From: an uncultured Gammaproteobacteria bacterium
Lineage (GTDB): Bacteria; Patescibacteriota; Microgenomatia; Levybacterales; UBA12049
Direction: 5' to 3'
DNA length: 64,000 nucleotides
Assembly (NCBI GenBank): GCA_964553245.1
Contig: CAZKJM010000002.1
Coordinates: 5,878 to 69,877 of the forward strand
This document shows, piece by piece, positions 55,083 to 64,000 of the stretch. Both the position numbers and the translations under genes were made by a program. The notes under the pieces are model-generated. The model made no database searches, was not told where the DNA came from, and saw nothing but the letters and a program-made list of their open reading frames with translations. Every line of letters begins with the position of its first letter. Position 1 is the first letter of the stretch.

Positions 55083-56081
55083 ATGACACTTCAAGAAATA
55101 TATGAATTAGCAATAAAAATGGGAATTAATGCAGATCCCCGTGGTGAAGATCAAGTTATTAAAATCTTAAAAAAAAATAAAAAAGAATATGAAGAACTTT
55201 CTTCGGAGAAGAAAAAGTATTTTGATCAGGAGTCATTAATAAACCCATATGCTGATTCAAGAATCTTATATGGAAATCCTAAATTAAATATTAAAAAAGT
55301 AATTTCGGGCATAGATGTGGAATCGGGAGAAATTGCATTGGTGGATATGTTAAATCAAAAATTCAACCCTTCTACGTCAAAGACTTCGGAAGGACAAGGA
55401 AAAATAGACTTAATCATTGGTCATCATCCCGAAGGTTGTGCCTTAGCAGGATTGGACGAAGTTATGGACATTCAGGTGGATTTATTAAGTAACTATGGAG
55501 TACCCATTAACGTGGCAGAGTCATTGTTAAAAGATAGAGTAAGTCAGGTTAAAAGGGGATTAAATCCGACAAATCATCAAAGAAGCGTTGATGCTGCAAA
55601 ACTATTAGATATTCCATTTATGGTTATTCATACGATTTGTGATAATTTAGGACATAATTTTTTATCTCAGAAATTGGAACAAAAAAATTGGGATACGGTT
55701 GGTGAAGTTTTAGAGGAAATTTTGAAAATTCCCGAATTCAGAGAATCAAAAACAAAAAAAGCAGGACCAAGAATTACTGTTGGTTCAGAAAAAAACAGAG
55801 CAGGAAAAGTAGCAATTACCGGATTTACAGGTGGAACAGAGGGGTCAAGGTTAATTTATGAAAAAATGTCGCAGGCAGGTATTGGAACAATTGTTGAAAT
55901 GCATATGAGTGAAGATCATTTTAAAGAAGCTAAAGGACAACATTTAAATGTTATTGTCTCCGGTCATATGGCATCTGATTCTTTGGGAGTAAATTTGTTT
56001 CTGGATGAGCTCGAAAAAAAAGGCATTGAGGTTATTCCGTTTTCGGGATTAATAAGATACAAAAGAGGAGGAATTAAATAA
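55083..56081 (+). CDS. Nif3-family dinuclear metal-centre protein
   Basis: IDLIIGHHPEGCAL (H-H-P motif) and C-terminal VSGHMASDSLG are characteristic Nif3/YqfO metal ligand motifs. Confidence 0.6.
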   Translation: MTLQEIYELAIKMGINADPRGEDQVIKILKKNKKEYEELSSEKKKYFDQESLINPYADSRILYGNPKLNIKKVISGIDVESGEIALVDMLNQKFNPSTSKTSEGQGKIDLIIGHHPEGCALAGLDEVMDIQVDLLSNYGVPINVAESLLKDRVSQVKRGLNPTNHQRSVDAAKLLDIPFMVIHTICDNLGHNFLSQKLEQKNWDTVGEVLEEILKIPEFRESKTKKAGPRITVGSEKNRAGKVAITGFTGGTEGSRLIYEKMSQAGIGTIVEMHMSEDHFKEAKGQHLNVIVSGHMASDSLGVNLFLDELEKKGIEVIPFSGLIRYKRGGIK

Positions 56082-56083
56082 TT

Positions 56084-56638
56084 ATGATTTCAGTTACAGA
56101 ACTTCGAAGCGGAACTGTTTTTGAGGACGGTGGAAATACCTACATAGTTCTTTCTTATGAACATATAAAAATGGGTAGGGGAAGTGCAAATATCAAGGTA
56201 AAAGTAAAAAACATAAAAACCGGTGCAACCACAGAAAAAGGATACATAAATGGAGCTAAAGTAAAACCGGTTACGGTTTTTAAAAAAGAATTGCAGTATT
56301 TGTATAAAGATGATGATTTTGCCTATTTTATGGACCCGAAAACCTTTGAACAGACTACAGTAAAACTTGATTTAATTGACGGATATGATTTTCTTAAAGA
56401 GGGTATGAATTTTATGGTAAGTGTTTTAAACGATGAGCCATTGTCTGTAATGTTACCTCCTAAAATGGATTTAGTTGTAGCGGAAACTGGACCGGGTGTA
56501 AAAGGAAATTCAGCGACAAATATCTTTAAAGATGCTGTATTAGAAAATGGTGTTAAAGCGAGAGTTCCACTTTTTATAAATATTGGCGATAAGGTCCGCA
56601 TAGATACTAGAACTGGAGCGTACACAGAAAAAGCATAA
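56084..56638 (+). CDS. efp: Elongation factor P
   Basis: ELRSGTVFEDGGNTYIVLSYEHIKMGRGSANIKVKVKNIKTG (KOW/OB-I with the conserved loop Lys), three-domain length. Confidence 0.9.
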   Translation: MISVTELRSGTVFEDGGNTYIVLSYEHIKMGRGSANIKVKVKNIKTGATTEKGYINGAKVKPVTVFKKELQYLYKDDDFAYFMDPKTFEQTTVKLDLIDGYDFLKEGMNFMVSVLNDEPLSVMLPPKMDLVVAETGPGVKGNSATNIFKDAVLENGVKARVPLFINIGDKVRIDTRTGAYTEKA

Positions 56639-56649
56639 AGCAAAATCCT

Positions 56650-57342
56650 ATGCAATTTTTTATTTTCGTTTTGGCAATTTGTTTTTTTATATTCTTGTTT
56701 GTTTTATACAATCTCTCTAAAGACGATTTCTTAATTATAAGAAAAGATATTGCGTTGGAAAGCCTTTTTAATACTGCATTTAGCGTTGCTTTTATATCGC
56801 TTTTTTTTGCTAGATTTTTTTATGTTATATTTAATCCCACCCCGATTTTAAAAACTTTTTTAGGTTTTATGGTTTTTCCTTATTTTCCAGGTCTTTCTTT
56901 GGCGGGGGGATTGATTGGGGGATTAAGTTATTTATTAATTCATATTAATTTTAAAAAAATGCCCATTGGAAGAATTTTCGACATATTTATTCTAAGCTTG
57001 TCTGTAGTTTTACCGATAGGTATTTTGGGAACTATTTTATTAACCGGTTTTAAAAATGCATTAAGCTTGGGATTATTATTTTTAATTAACTTAATTATTT
57101 CAATAATTCTATTTAAAATTATATGGCCATATTCCCAAAAAAATAATCTAAAGGAAGGAAGTCTAGGAATAATTTTTTTAACAGCACTTTCGTTAATTAA
57201 TTATTTATTTAATATTATTACAAATTGGGGAAGGGTAGTGTTGTTTAGCAAAGACAATTTACTTTGGGTAATAATACTTATGGCATCGATTGTTTTTATT
57301 GTAAAACAGGAAATTGCAATTAGATCCTCAATCAAAAAATGA
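56650..57342 (+). CDS. Lgt-like integral membrane protein (possible prolipoprotein diacylglyceryl transferase, short and divergent)
   Basis: FARFFYVIFNPTPILKTFLGFMVFPYFPGLSLAGGLIGGL resembles the Lgt Y...N......W.GG.S.HGG.IG region but lacks W/H. Seven TM helices. Confidence 0.4.
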   Translation: MQFFIFVLAICFFIFLFVLYNLSKDDFLIIRKDIALESLFNTAFSVAFISLFFARFFYVIFNPTPILKTFLGFMVFPYFPGLSLAGGLIGGLSYLLIHINFKKMPIGRIFDIFILSLSVVLPIGILGTILLTGFKNALSLGLLFLINLIISIILFKIIWPYSQKNNLKEGSLGIIFLTALSLINYLFNIITNWGRVVLFSKDNLLWVIILMASIVFIVKQEIAIRSSIKK

Positions 57343-58100
57343 AAAATACAAAAATTGTATACGAAGATTCAGATATTTTAATTTTAAATAAAGACGCAGG
57401 AATTACGGTTAATAAATCTGATACTACTCGTGGTGAGCATACAGTTCAGGATTTCTTAGAAGAAAAACTAAGATTAAACGATACTTCTTGTGACAATTCT
57501 TCTGATTTTTTTAAAAGAGCGGGAATAGTTCATAGGCTGGACAAAGAAACGTCAGGAATTTTAATTGCTGCAAAAACCCCTGATGCTTTTTTGAATCTTC
57601 AAAAACAGTTTAAAGAAAGGAAGGTAAAAAAAACATATATAGCACTTGCTCACGGAAAAATGCTTGAAGAAAATGGGGAAATTAGGGTTCCAGTTGGTCG
57701 TCTTCCCTGGAATAGAAAAAGATTTGGTGTTTTAGCTGGAGGTAGAGAAGCATTAACGAAATACAAAGTATTAGAAGCGCTCGAAGTAAAAATAAAAAAT
57801 TCTAGAGAAATTCTTACTCTTTTAGAGCTTTTTCCCGAAACAGGAAGAACTCATCAAATAAGAGTTCATTTAAAATACATAAATAGACCAATTTTTAGCG
57901 ATTATCTTTATGCAGGAAGAAAAACCGCAAGAGATGATCGAAAAATCCTTCCAAGGGTTTTTTTACATGCAAAAAAAATTAGCTTTTTTCATCCTGTAAC
58001 AAAAAAGCTTGTAAGCTTTGAAGCACAAATTCCGGAAGAGCTTACTGAAGTTTTAAAATTTTATGGATTTAAACAAGTAATTTTTGCTAGTATAAAATAA
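57339..58100 (+). CDS. RluA-family pseudouridine synthase
   Basis: HRLDKETSGILIAAKT is the catalytic Asp motif. TGRTHQIRVH. Confidence 0.85.
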   Translation: MKNTKIVYEDSDILILNKDAGITVNKSDTTRGEHTVQDFLEEKLRLNDTSCDNSSDFFKRAGIVHRLDKETSGILIAAKTPDAFLNLQKQFKERKVKKTYIALAHGKMLEENGEIRVPVGRLPWNRKRFGVLAGGREALTKYKVLEALEVKIKNSREILTLLELFPETGRTHQIRVHLKYINRPIFSDYLYAGRKTARDDRKILPRVFLHAKKISFFHPVTKKLVSFEAQIPEELTEVLKFYGFKQVIFASIK

Positions 58101-58113
58101 GGAGGTGATTGTT

Positions 58114-58245
58114 ATGGGTAGCTTTGGTGGATTTTATAAGGGAGAAAAGAAGAAACAAAAAAAAGATAAACAATCAAAAAGCGTATTTAGCGATAAACCA
58201 ATTTATTCTATGCCGGAAATAATATCAAAGAAAAAACAGGAATAA
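58114..58245 (+). CDS. Small Lys-rich protein (43 aa), not in the ORF track because it is under 60 aa
   Basis: ATG 6 nt after AGGAGGTGATT. The same extended SD is used by ybaB, the DUF378 protein and the Cache-like protein. Reads MGSFGGFYKGEKKKQKKDKQSKSVFSDKPIYSMPEIISKKKQE. Confidence 0.4.
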   Translation: MGSFGGFYKGEKKKQKKDKQSKSVFSDKPIYSMPEIISKKKQE

Positions 58246-58253
58246 AGATATTT

Positions 58254-59057
58254 ATGGTAAAAAAAAACTACAATAAATCACTTAATCTTGCGATAATTTT
58301 TTTTGCGTTTTTTATATTTTTAATAATAGTTTCATTAATATGTAAAGCTGTTGTTTTGATTAATAAAAGCATTTTTGATGGAGAAAATCAATTAACCATA
58401 GAAATTATTGGTGATAAGGGCAGAAATAAATTGATATCATTTTCTCCTAAAAATAATTCTATTTATATTGTTGATGTAATAAATACAGAGGGAAATAAAA
58501 ATATAAAAAGCGCGTTGGAAATTCCGGTTGACAAATTTATTTATACAAAAAAAAATATAAGTGAAAAAAACCTTAAACAAACACTATTTTTATATTCAAT
58601 ACCTTTTTTAAAAGATAAAACTGATTTAACAATAGTTGATTTTATCAGGTTATTCTTATATGCAAATTCAGTTCCTTCGAATTCTTTATATACAAAGGAA
58701 ATATCATTAAAAAACGATTTTAATTTAATAAAAAATTCTGGGATATATTCATTTTTTATAGATCCAAAGATTGCAGAGGAAAAAGTGTCCATAGAAATTA
58801 TTAACGGAACAGACGTTTATGGATTAGGCAATAAACTAGCTAGTTTTGTTTCAAACACAGGCGGAAATGTAATAATGGTTTCAAATGCAGATAAAGAAGA
58901 GTTGAGTTCAAAAATAATTTATTTTGAAGAAGAAAACTATACTGTTAAAAAATTGGCAAGAATTTTAAATCTAAAAAAAGAAAAAACAAAAAATAAAAAA
59001 TTCGGTGAGGTTACAATAATTATTGGCAAAGACTCCCTAGATGACTTAAAATTTTAA
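58254..59057 (+). CDS. Membrane protein with a C-terminal LytR_C (LytR/CpsA/Psr C-terminal) domain
   Basis: N-terminal TM. VSIEIINGTDVYGLGNKLASFVSNTGGNVIMVSNAD...VTIIIGKD matches LytR_C. Confidence 0.5.
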   Translation: MVKKNYNKSLNLAIIFFAFFIFLIIVSLICKAVVLINKSIFDGENQLTIEIIGDKGRNKLISFSPKNNSIYIVDVINTEGNKNIKSALEIPVDKFIYTKKNISEKNLKQTLFLYSIPFLKDKTDLTIVDFIRLFLYANSVPSNSLYTKEISLKNDFNLIKNSGIYSFFIDPKIAEEKVSIEIINGTDVYGLGNKLASFVSNTGGNVIMVSNADKEELSSKIIYFEEENYTVKKLARILNLKKEKTKNKKFGEVTIIIGKDSLDDLKF

Positions 59058-59198
59058 TATGATGTTAAAAATAATTTTAATAATATTTATTATCTCTTTT
59101 ATTTGGGCATTGTTTTCTCTTAAAAAAAACAATGAAAAACAGGATATTGAAAAAATAAAAAGAAAACTAAACAAGGGTAGGGTGTTATACCAAAGTCA

Positions 59199-59894
59199 TC
59201 ATTCTGCCTGATCTTTATTGCTGGTTTGTTCGGTACCTTCTTCATTCTTTTTAAATTTTATATTTTTATCCAGCTCAAGACAATTATTCTCAAGATGAGT
59301 AAAAGTCGGATGATCCTTATACCTTGATGCTCTTTTTATTTCTTTAATAAAAATTATTACTTTGTGTATATCAGCGCATTTGATGTATGCGTCGTATTTA
59401 TTTCCGTTTTTAATAAAACGAATTAATCTTTTTCCAATGTCATCAGGAAGGACACCAATATATGTATTTTCCTCATTAAGTATGAATATTTTTGATCTTT
59501 TAATGGATAAAATTACTGATTGTCCCGTTCTTAACATCTGAAGTACCCTTGGAGTAGCAATGTTTACCAGTTCTATGACTTTAGTTTTTCCTGATTCCTC
59601 GAGAAAATTATTATTAAGCTGTAATCCCGTAGATCCGTTGGATTTTTTCGAGATTTTTTCCTTAAGGCATTTTAGGTTTTTTATTGCTATTGGATTAAGA
59701 GGATCAAGTTTAAAAACTTTTTGATAAGCTATTTTTGCTTTATCAATTTTACCAAGAACCATATATGCCAAGGCTAATCGATTGAGGGTTTCTATGTCAT
59801 TTGGGTTTTCAGATAATAAGACTTTATTAAGGCTTATAGCCTCTTCCCAATTTCCTTCTAGTGCAGTTTGAATTGCTTGATTTTTTAATGTCAT
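59199..59894 (-). CDS. TPR-repeat protein
   Basis: N-terminal TPR motifs (WEEAISLNKVLLSENPNDIETLNRLALAYMVLGKIDKAKIAYQKVFKLDPLNP). Confidence 0.6.
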   Translation of the reverse strand: MTLKNQAIQTALEGNWEEAISLNKVLLSENPNDIETLNRLALAYMVLGKIDKAKIAYQKVFKLDPLNPIAIKNLKCLKEKISKKSNGSTGLQLNNNFLEESGKTKVIELVNIATPRVLQMLRTGQSVILSIKRSKIFILNEENTYIGVLPDDIGKRLIRFIKNGNKYDAYIKCADIHKVIIFIKEIKRASRYKDHPTFTHLENNCLELDKNIKFKKNEEGTEQTSNKDQAE

Positions 59895-59970
59895 TTTTTA
59901 GGGGTGCGAACTGAAAAATTCTACTATTATTTATTGCAAAAGTCAAGGTATATGTGTAGAATATTAAACC

Positions 59971-60693
59971 ATGAGTGGACATTCAAAATGGGCACAAATT
60001 AAGCGTCAAAAAGGAGCAGCAGATGTTAAAAAGGGAAAGACTTTTACCAAGCTTGCCAAGGCAATAATCATTGCTGTTAAACAAGGTGGGGGAATAGGAG
60101 ATCCAAATCAGAATTTTCGTTTAAGATTAGCAATTGATGCGGCAAAAGCGGTTAATATGCCCAAGGAAAATATAGAAAGAGCAATAAAACGTGCGATGGG
60201 AAGAGAAGTGGGGGAATTGGAAGAGGTAATATACGAAGGATTTGCCCCGGGTGGAGTTTCGGTAATCGTTGAAGCCGCAACAGATAATTCAACCAGAACA
60301 ACCTCGGAAATAAAAAACATTTTTAATAAACATGGAGGAAGCTTTGGGCAACCCGGTTGTGTTGCTTACCAATTTAAACAGATGGGTCAAATAATTATAG
60401 AAAAAGAAAATAAGAGTTTTGATGAAGTTTTTGAGTTGGCATTGGAATGCGGGGCAGAGGATATTTTAGACGTAGACAGCGAAGTGTTTATTTATACTCA
60501 GGTTTCTTCTCTTGCTAAAGCAAGAGAAGGCCTTATGAATAAAGGAATGAAAATTTTGGATTCAGACCTTGTAAGATTGCCAATTATTACGGTTGAAATT
60601 AGTGACCAGGAACAACAAGGTAAAATAATAAAACTTTTAGAAACAATAGAAGAATTAGAAGATGTTCAAAAAGTTTACTCAAATATGGTTTAA
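59971..60693 (+). CDS. yebC: YebC/PmpR-family transcriptional regulator
   Basis: MSGHSKWAQIKRQKGAADVKKGKTFTKLAKAIIIAVKQGGG is the canonical YebC N-terminus. Confidence 0.9.
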   Translation: MSGHSKWAQIKRQKGAADVKKGKTFTKLAKAIIIAVKQGGGIGDPNQNFRLRLAIDAAKAVNMPKENIERAIKRAMGREVGELEEVIYEGFAPGGVSVIVEAATDNSTRTTSEIKNIFNKHGGSFGQPGCVAYQFKQMGQIIIEKENKSFDEVFELALECGAEDILDVDSEVFIYTQVSSLAKAREGLMNKGMKILDSDLVRLPIITVEISDQEQQGKIIKLLETIEELEDVQKVYSNMV

Positions 60694-60698
60694 AATAA

Positions 60699-61550
60699 AT
60701 GAAATTAAATAGCAAAAGTAATTACAGCATTAAAATACGATCCTCATTTTTTTCAAAGGTAAAACAATTGATAAAAAAGATAGTTGAAGATAAAAGACAA
60801 AAGTTTATATCATCGGTGTTGGGACTTTCTGTTGGTTTATTTATTGCAGAACATTTTTTAGGTAGGTCAGGTGTGTTAATGATTTTTATTCTGTCGTTTA
60901 TCACGAGTTTTCTTCTTTATCTTTGTATTAGGAATGATTTAAAAGGAAATTTTTTTTGGCAAATATTTATATTGCCATTTTTTTATAGCTTGGCGTTCGG
61001 TTTATTTTATCTTTTGATTCCTGCAAGATATATAACAAGAATTATAATGACAACGTTTTACGCAATCGGTTTGTATTCATTATTTTTAGCGGAAAATATT
61101 TTTACGGTTTCATCAATTAGGACAATAGCCTTATTATCAAGCGCAAGGACAGTATCCGTTGCATTAACTTTGTTATCATATTTTTTTCTATCCAATGTTG
61201 TGTTTTCTCTGCATTTGAATTTACCTTTAACAATATTACTCATTTCACTTTACACCTTTCCGATAATTCTTCAGTCAATTTGGATATATACGCTCGAAAG
61301 GAAGCTATTCTCTAATATTTTTTGGGTAGTGTCCTTAACGATATGCTTAATACAAATTGCTGTGCTTTTATGGTTTTGGCCAAGTACTCCAACACTTCTG
61401 GCGTTATTTATAAGCGGTATTTTTTATAGCGTATTAGGGTTATCACATGTCTGGTTAGAAAAAAGGCTTTTTAAAGGTATAATTTGGGAATATATCTGGG
61501 TTATCTCAATAATATTTTTAGTGCTTGTATTTTTTACCTCTTGGACTTAA
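60699..61550 (+). CDS. Hypothetical polytopic membrane protein
   Basis: About 8 hydrophobic segments. Confidence 0.45.
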   Translation: MKLNSKSNYSIKIRSSFFSKVKQLIKKIVEDKRQKFISSVLGLSVGLFIAEHFLGRSGVLMIFILSFITSFLLYLCIRNDLKGNFFWQIFILPFFYSLAFGLFYLLIPARYITRIIMTTFYAIGLYSLFLAENIFTVSSIRTIALLSSARTVSVALTLLSYFFLSNVVFSLHLNLPLTILLISLYTFPIILQSIWIYTLERKLFSNIFWVVSLTICLIQIAVLLWFWPSTPTLLALFISGIFYSVLGLSHVWLEKRLFKGIIWEYIWVISIIFLVLVFFTSWT

Positions 61551-62339
61551 AAATTTTTCTATCCACTGGAGAAGAGGGGAGGAGCCTCAAGAAGCAACAG
61601 CAGTAAATTAAAATTGGTATAGTTTGATATAGTCTATAAAAGTATCCTATAATATTATAAGTTACAGTAAAATTTTTTGTGGATAACTTTTTCTTTTCAC
61701 ACAGATTAAAGTAAAATTTTCACGGGATTAAAGCAGGGTAACTACTCTATGGACCATAGAAACCACTCAAGTAATAAGCTATAAATGGCATTAATGCGAA
61801 AAAAATACGAAACCCTTTTCGCTCCCTATGTTGATATGCTAAGTTATTTATTTTTGAAGCTAAAAAATACAAAATAGATTGATTTGACGGGCTAAATTCA
61901 ATTAGGTATCGACCGATGGGAAGAGAGGTGCTTAAAAGTTAATAAATTAAGAAAAAAACCATTAGATCAATAAAGGGAGTAATAATGATTATTATAGATG
62001 TTGATATTTATTCCTTTATACTCTCCATAGTATTGCCAAATGGTAAAAAAAACATTTTTATAAGCGCTGGGAAAGAGAAAGTGATTATGTCGCACAATAA
62101 TACTTTTACGACATCTCTCAGGCACGATTTCCAGGAGAAGTGGTAAAAAATCAGTATTTCTTTTCGTTTTTTTTAACAATTTATTTATATTAGCTGCTCT
62201 CGTATTGAATATTTCTCCGTTTTATCTTTATGCTAAATATTTACACTATCCCCTACTATAGGATTTAATAATTTTATTTTTTTGCAGAAATTGAGCCTAG
62301 ATTAAATAATTTTATGTATTCTCCGAAGCTAGAGTGGTG

Positions 62340-62897
62340 TTAAATAATAAATATCTCTGCCATATTATTTTGTATTGCTATATTTAACTGTTCTGTTTGT
62401 ATAGATGATAATGGTGCACCCGAATCATCAATTAATTGAGTGTCGATATTTGGCAATTTCATACTAAAACGTTTCATTCTATGTAAGGCTGTTCTTCTGC
62501 AGCTATGTACAATAGGTGGTTCAAAAAGCCCAAAAAACTCAGTGTCTTCTTTTTTTACAATTCCGCTTTCGCCATATCGTTCAATATAAAGGATTGTAAA
62601 AACATGCGTATCTAATTCAAAAACATTGTAATATTCTTTTTCATTACCGGATATTGGCCTGATAAACCTTGAAAAACCACGACTTATAGCATCAATTTTT
62701 TCGGTACTTGATTTAATTGTTACTTCGTTGTTTTTTGAAGAATAATTATCTACAGCATTAATAAAATCAGCTAAGCTGTGAACAACGGCAATGCGTGCAT
62801 TTGGCTTATTGTATCTATTCGGAACATATCGAATAGGATCTTCTTGATTATAGTTATTTGAATTCCACTCTAGAGCTCTTTGTAACTCTGGTATCAT
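62340..62897 (-). CDS. Hypothetical protein (accessory block)
   Basis: ORF only. Co-directional with the two upstream hypotheticals. Confidence 0.4.
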   Translation of the reverse strand: MIPELQRALEWNSNNYNQEDPIRYVPNRYNKPNARIAVVHSLADFINAVDNYSSKNNEVTIKSSTEKIDAISRGFSRFIRPISGNEKEYYNVFELDTHVFTILYIERYGESGIVKKEDTEFFGLFEPPIVHSCRRTALHRMKRFSMKLPNIDTQLIDDSGAPLSSIQTEQLNIAIQNNMAEIFII

Positions 62898-62947
62898 ATT
62901 TTAATAATATAGCATAAAATATCCCCAAAATCAACTATAGGATATAT

Positions 62948-63616
62948 TTATAGACTAGCGATCGTGTCTTTTTGGAATTGTTCTTTTGTTCCATAAAGCG
63001 TGGCAATAACTCCTCCTCTTTCGATAAATCTGTTTTGAGCAACCGAATTTTCGTCGGGAACATCTTTTGGAACCACGAGTACATAACCAAAGTTTGTTTG
63101 TCCGTAGTATTCACTAAGAGGTTTAAATACATCAATAATTCTTTTACTTCTTATTGCTGGCTGTACGGTGTGACCAAGCTTTGCTTCCCAAACCACAGGT
63201 AATCCGTCAATTACGCTTAATATATCGTATTCAATTATTGCTGATAATGGTTTTGGTTCTCTAAAAACAACATAATTAATACCCTTTTGTCTAAATCTAT
63301 ATTTTCCTTTTAAAGTATCATCTGGTATAGGCGCAATAGTTATTGGTAATATTTCAGACATTTTTCCTATTAAAGACGCAATATGTAATTCAGCCATTTT
63401 ACCCATGAAATCACCATTTCTACTTTTGTTTTTACCATTTCCGTTATTTACTCTAATTCCATTATTTATTAATGTTTGGATTTCGCTTATATCTGGTGGT
63501 AATTTTCCTATTTCTTCTACAATTTTTTGAAGAGTTTCGTTTGTGGATAAAACATAGGGAATTTTATCTTCTTTTGGTTGTTCGATTTGATTTCTAGGTT
63601 TATATACTTCGTGCAT
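62948..63616 (-). CDS. Hypothetical protein with a possible PD-(D/E)xK nuclease-like motif
   Basis: IEYDILSVIDGLPVVWEAKLG has D-x12-E-A-K spacing consistent with a restriction-endonuclease-like core. This is weak, motif-only evidence. Confidence 0.35.
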   Translation of the reverse strand: MHEVYKPRNQIEQPKEDKIPYVLSTNETLQKIVEEIGKLPPDISEIQTLINNGIRVNNGNGKNKSRNGDFMGKMAELHIASLIGKMSEILPITIAPIPDDTLKGKYRFRQKGINYVVFREPKPLSAIIEYDILSVIDGLPVVWEAKLGHTVQPAIRSKRIIDVFKPLSEYYGQTNFGYVLVVPKDVPDENSVAQNRFIERGGVIATLYGTKEQFQKDTIASL

Positions 63617-63621
63617 CCCGC

Positions 63622-64000
63622 CTATTTTTCACTTTCTTTAGGCAGTTCTTTTATAATTTTAGTTTGGTTAATTTTATCTTCGCCAATTTTTTCTCCAAAA
63701 TAATGAGCTTTATATTCTCCGTCTATTGGATCTTTTAATAAAGCAATCATTCCTTTTTCACCTGGAATAACTATACCGCTTGTTTCGTTGCTTATACTTA
63801 TATATGCAATTTCTTTAGACCCAACTTTTGGTTTTATTTCAAGTTTTACCCAGTTATTATTATTGTCTTTAATTATTTCTCCATCCGGATCATCGCCATA
63901 TTCTACAACTGTTGCAAATGAGATTAACGCTCCCTTGGCATCATTAATGGAAACTCCGTTTATCTCGCTAATATCGGAAAACTTAAGATAGGTAGAGTCA
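63622..64000 (-). CDS. Hypothetical protein, partial (N-terminus beyond the window end)
   Basis: Open minus-strand frame running off the window. Stop at 63622..63624, 5 nt upstream of the next start. Confidence 0.4.
   Translation of the reverse strand, partial: DSTYLKFSDISEINGVSINDAKGALISFATVVEYGDDPDGEIIKDNNNNWVKLEIKPKVGSKEIAYISISNETSGIVIPGEKGMIALLKDPIDGEYKAHYFGEKIGEDKINQTKIIKELPKESEK

Noticed and set aside
61967-62179. 70-aa minus-strand ORF in the AT-rich spacer
   Set aside because: It has no RBS, AT-biased composition and no coding periodicity, so it is probably noise.
61551-62339. Search for tmRNA, RNase P RNA, SRP RNA or 6S RNA in the long AT-rich spacer and other intergenic regions
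   Set aside because: The conserved cores were not found: GGAAAGTCC (RNase P), the SRP domain IV GGAA/AGCAG loop, or a tmRNA tag-peptide frame with a tRNA-like end. The region stays unexplained rather than assigned.
1-64000. Alternative genetic code (UGA=Gly, code 25), as in some CPR lineages
   Set aside because: TGA terminates well-conserved proteins at the expected length (e.g. capA at 30879..30881, overlapped by the next gene's GTG start). There are no in-frame TGA codons in conserved genes, so the standard code applies.

Overview
This 64 kb window looks like a chromosomal segment from a low-GC (about 30-35% by eye), gene-dense, small-genome bacterium. The gene content suggests a Patescibacteria/CPR-like lineage, but that is an inference from gene content, not a database result. 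The supporting features are a short EF-Ts, tsf directly followed by frr with no pyrH, transketolase split into N- and C-terminal genes, a four-helix-bundle protein and many small hypothetical proteins. The standard genetic code fits, since TGA is used as a stop. About 80% of the window is ordinary housekeeping: rpsB-tsf-frr-rseP, proS, rpsU-ybeY, dnaX-ybaB-prs-recR, cysS, ychF, rpsF-ssb-rpsR, ctpA, htrA, murB, prfA, rpmE, hisS, dnaB, efp, yebC, glycosyltransferases and one tRNA-Leu. The first ~9 kb is an accessory cell-surface locus and is the most interesting part. It encodes four paralogous secreted Cys-rich proteins with poly-Thr/Ser linkers built from shuffled modules. Two of them end in dockerin-like double Ca-loop modules. 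A membrane-anchored protein between them has a clear cohesin-like domain, and there is also a triple-SLH-domain protein. I read this as a cohesin-dockerin surface-display system in a putative episymbiont. Second, at least eight intergenic loci carry degenerate tandem 7-nt repeats of the form NNATAGC or TAGCNNN. Third, a 63-bp tandem duplication just upstream of a tRNA-binding-domain gene creates two 12-codon upstream mini-ORFs, each followed by a GC-rich hairpin. Fourth, the last ~2.5 kb is an AT-rich spacer followed by three minus-strand hypothetical genes, one with a PD-(D/E)xK-like motif. I found no rRNA, CRISPR array, transposase or integrase.
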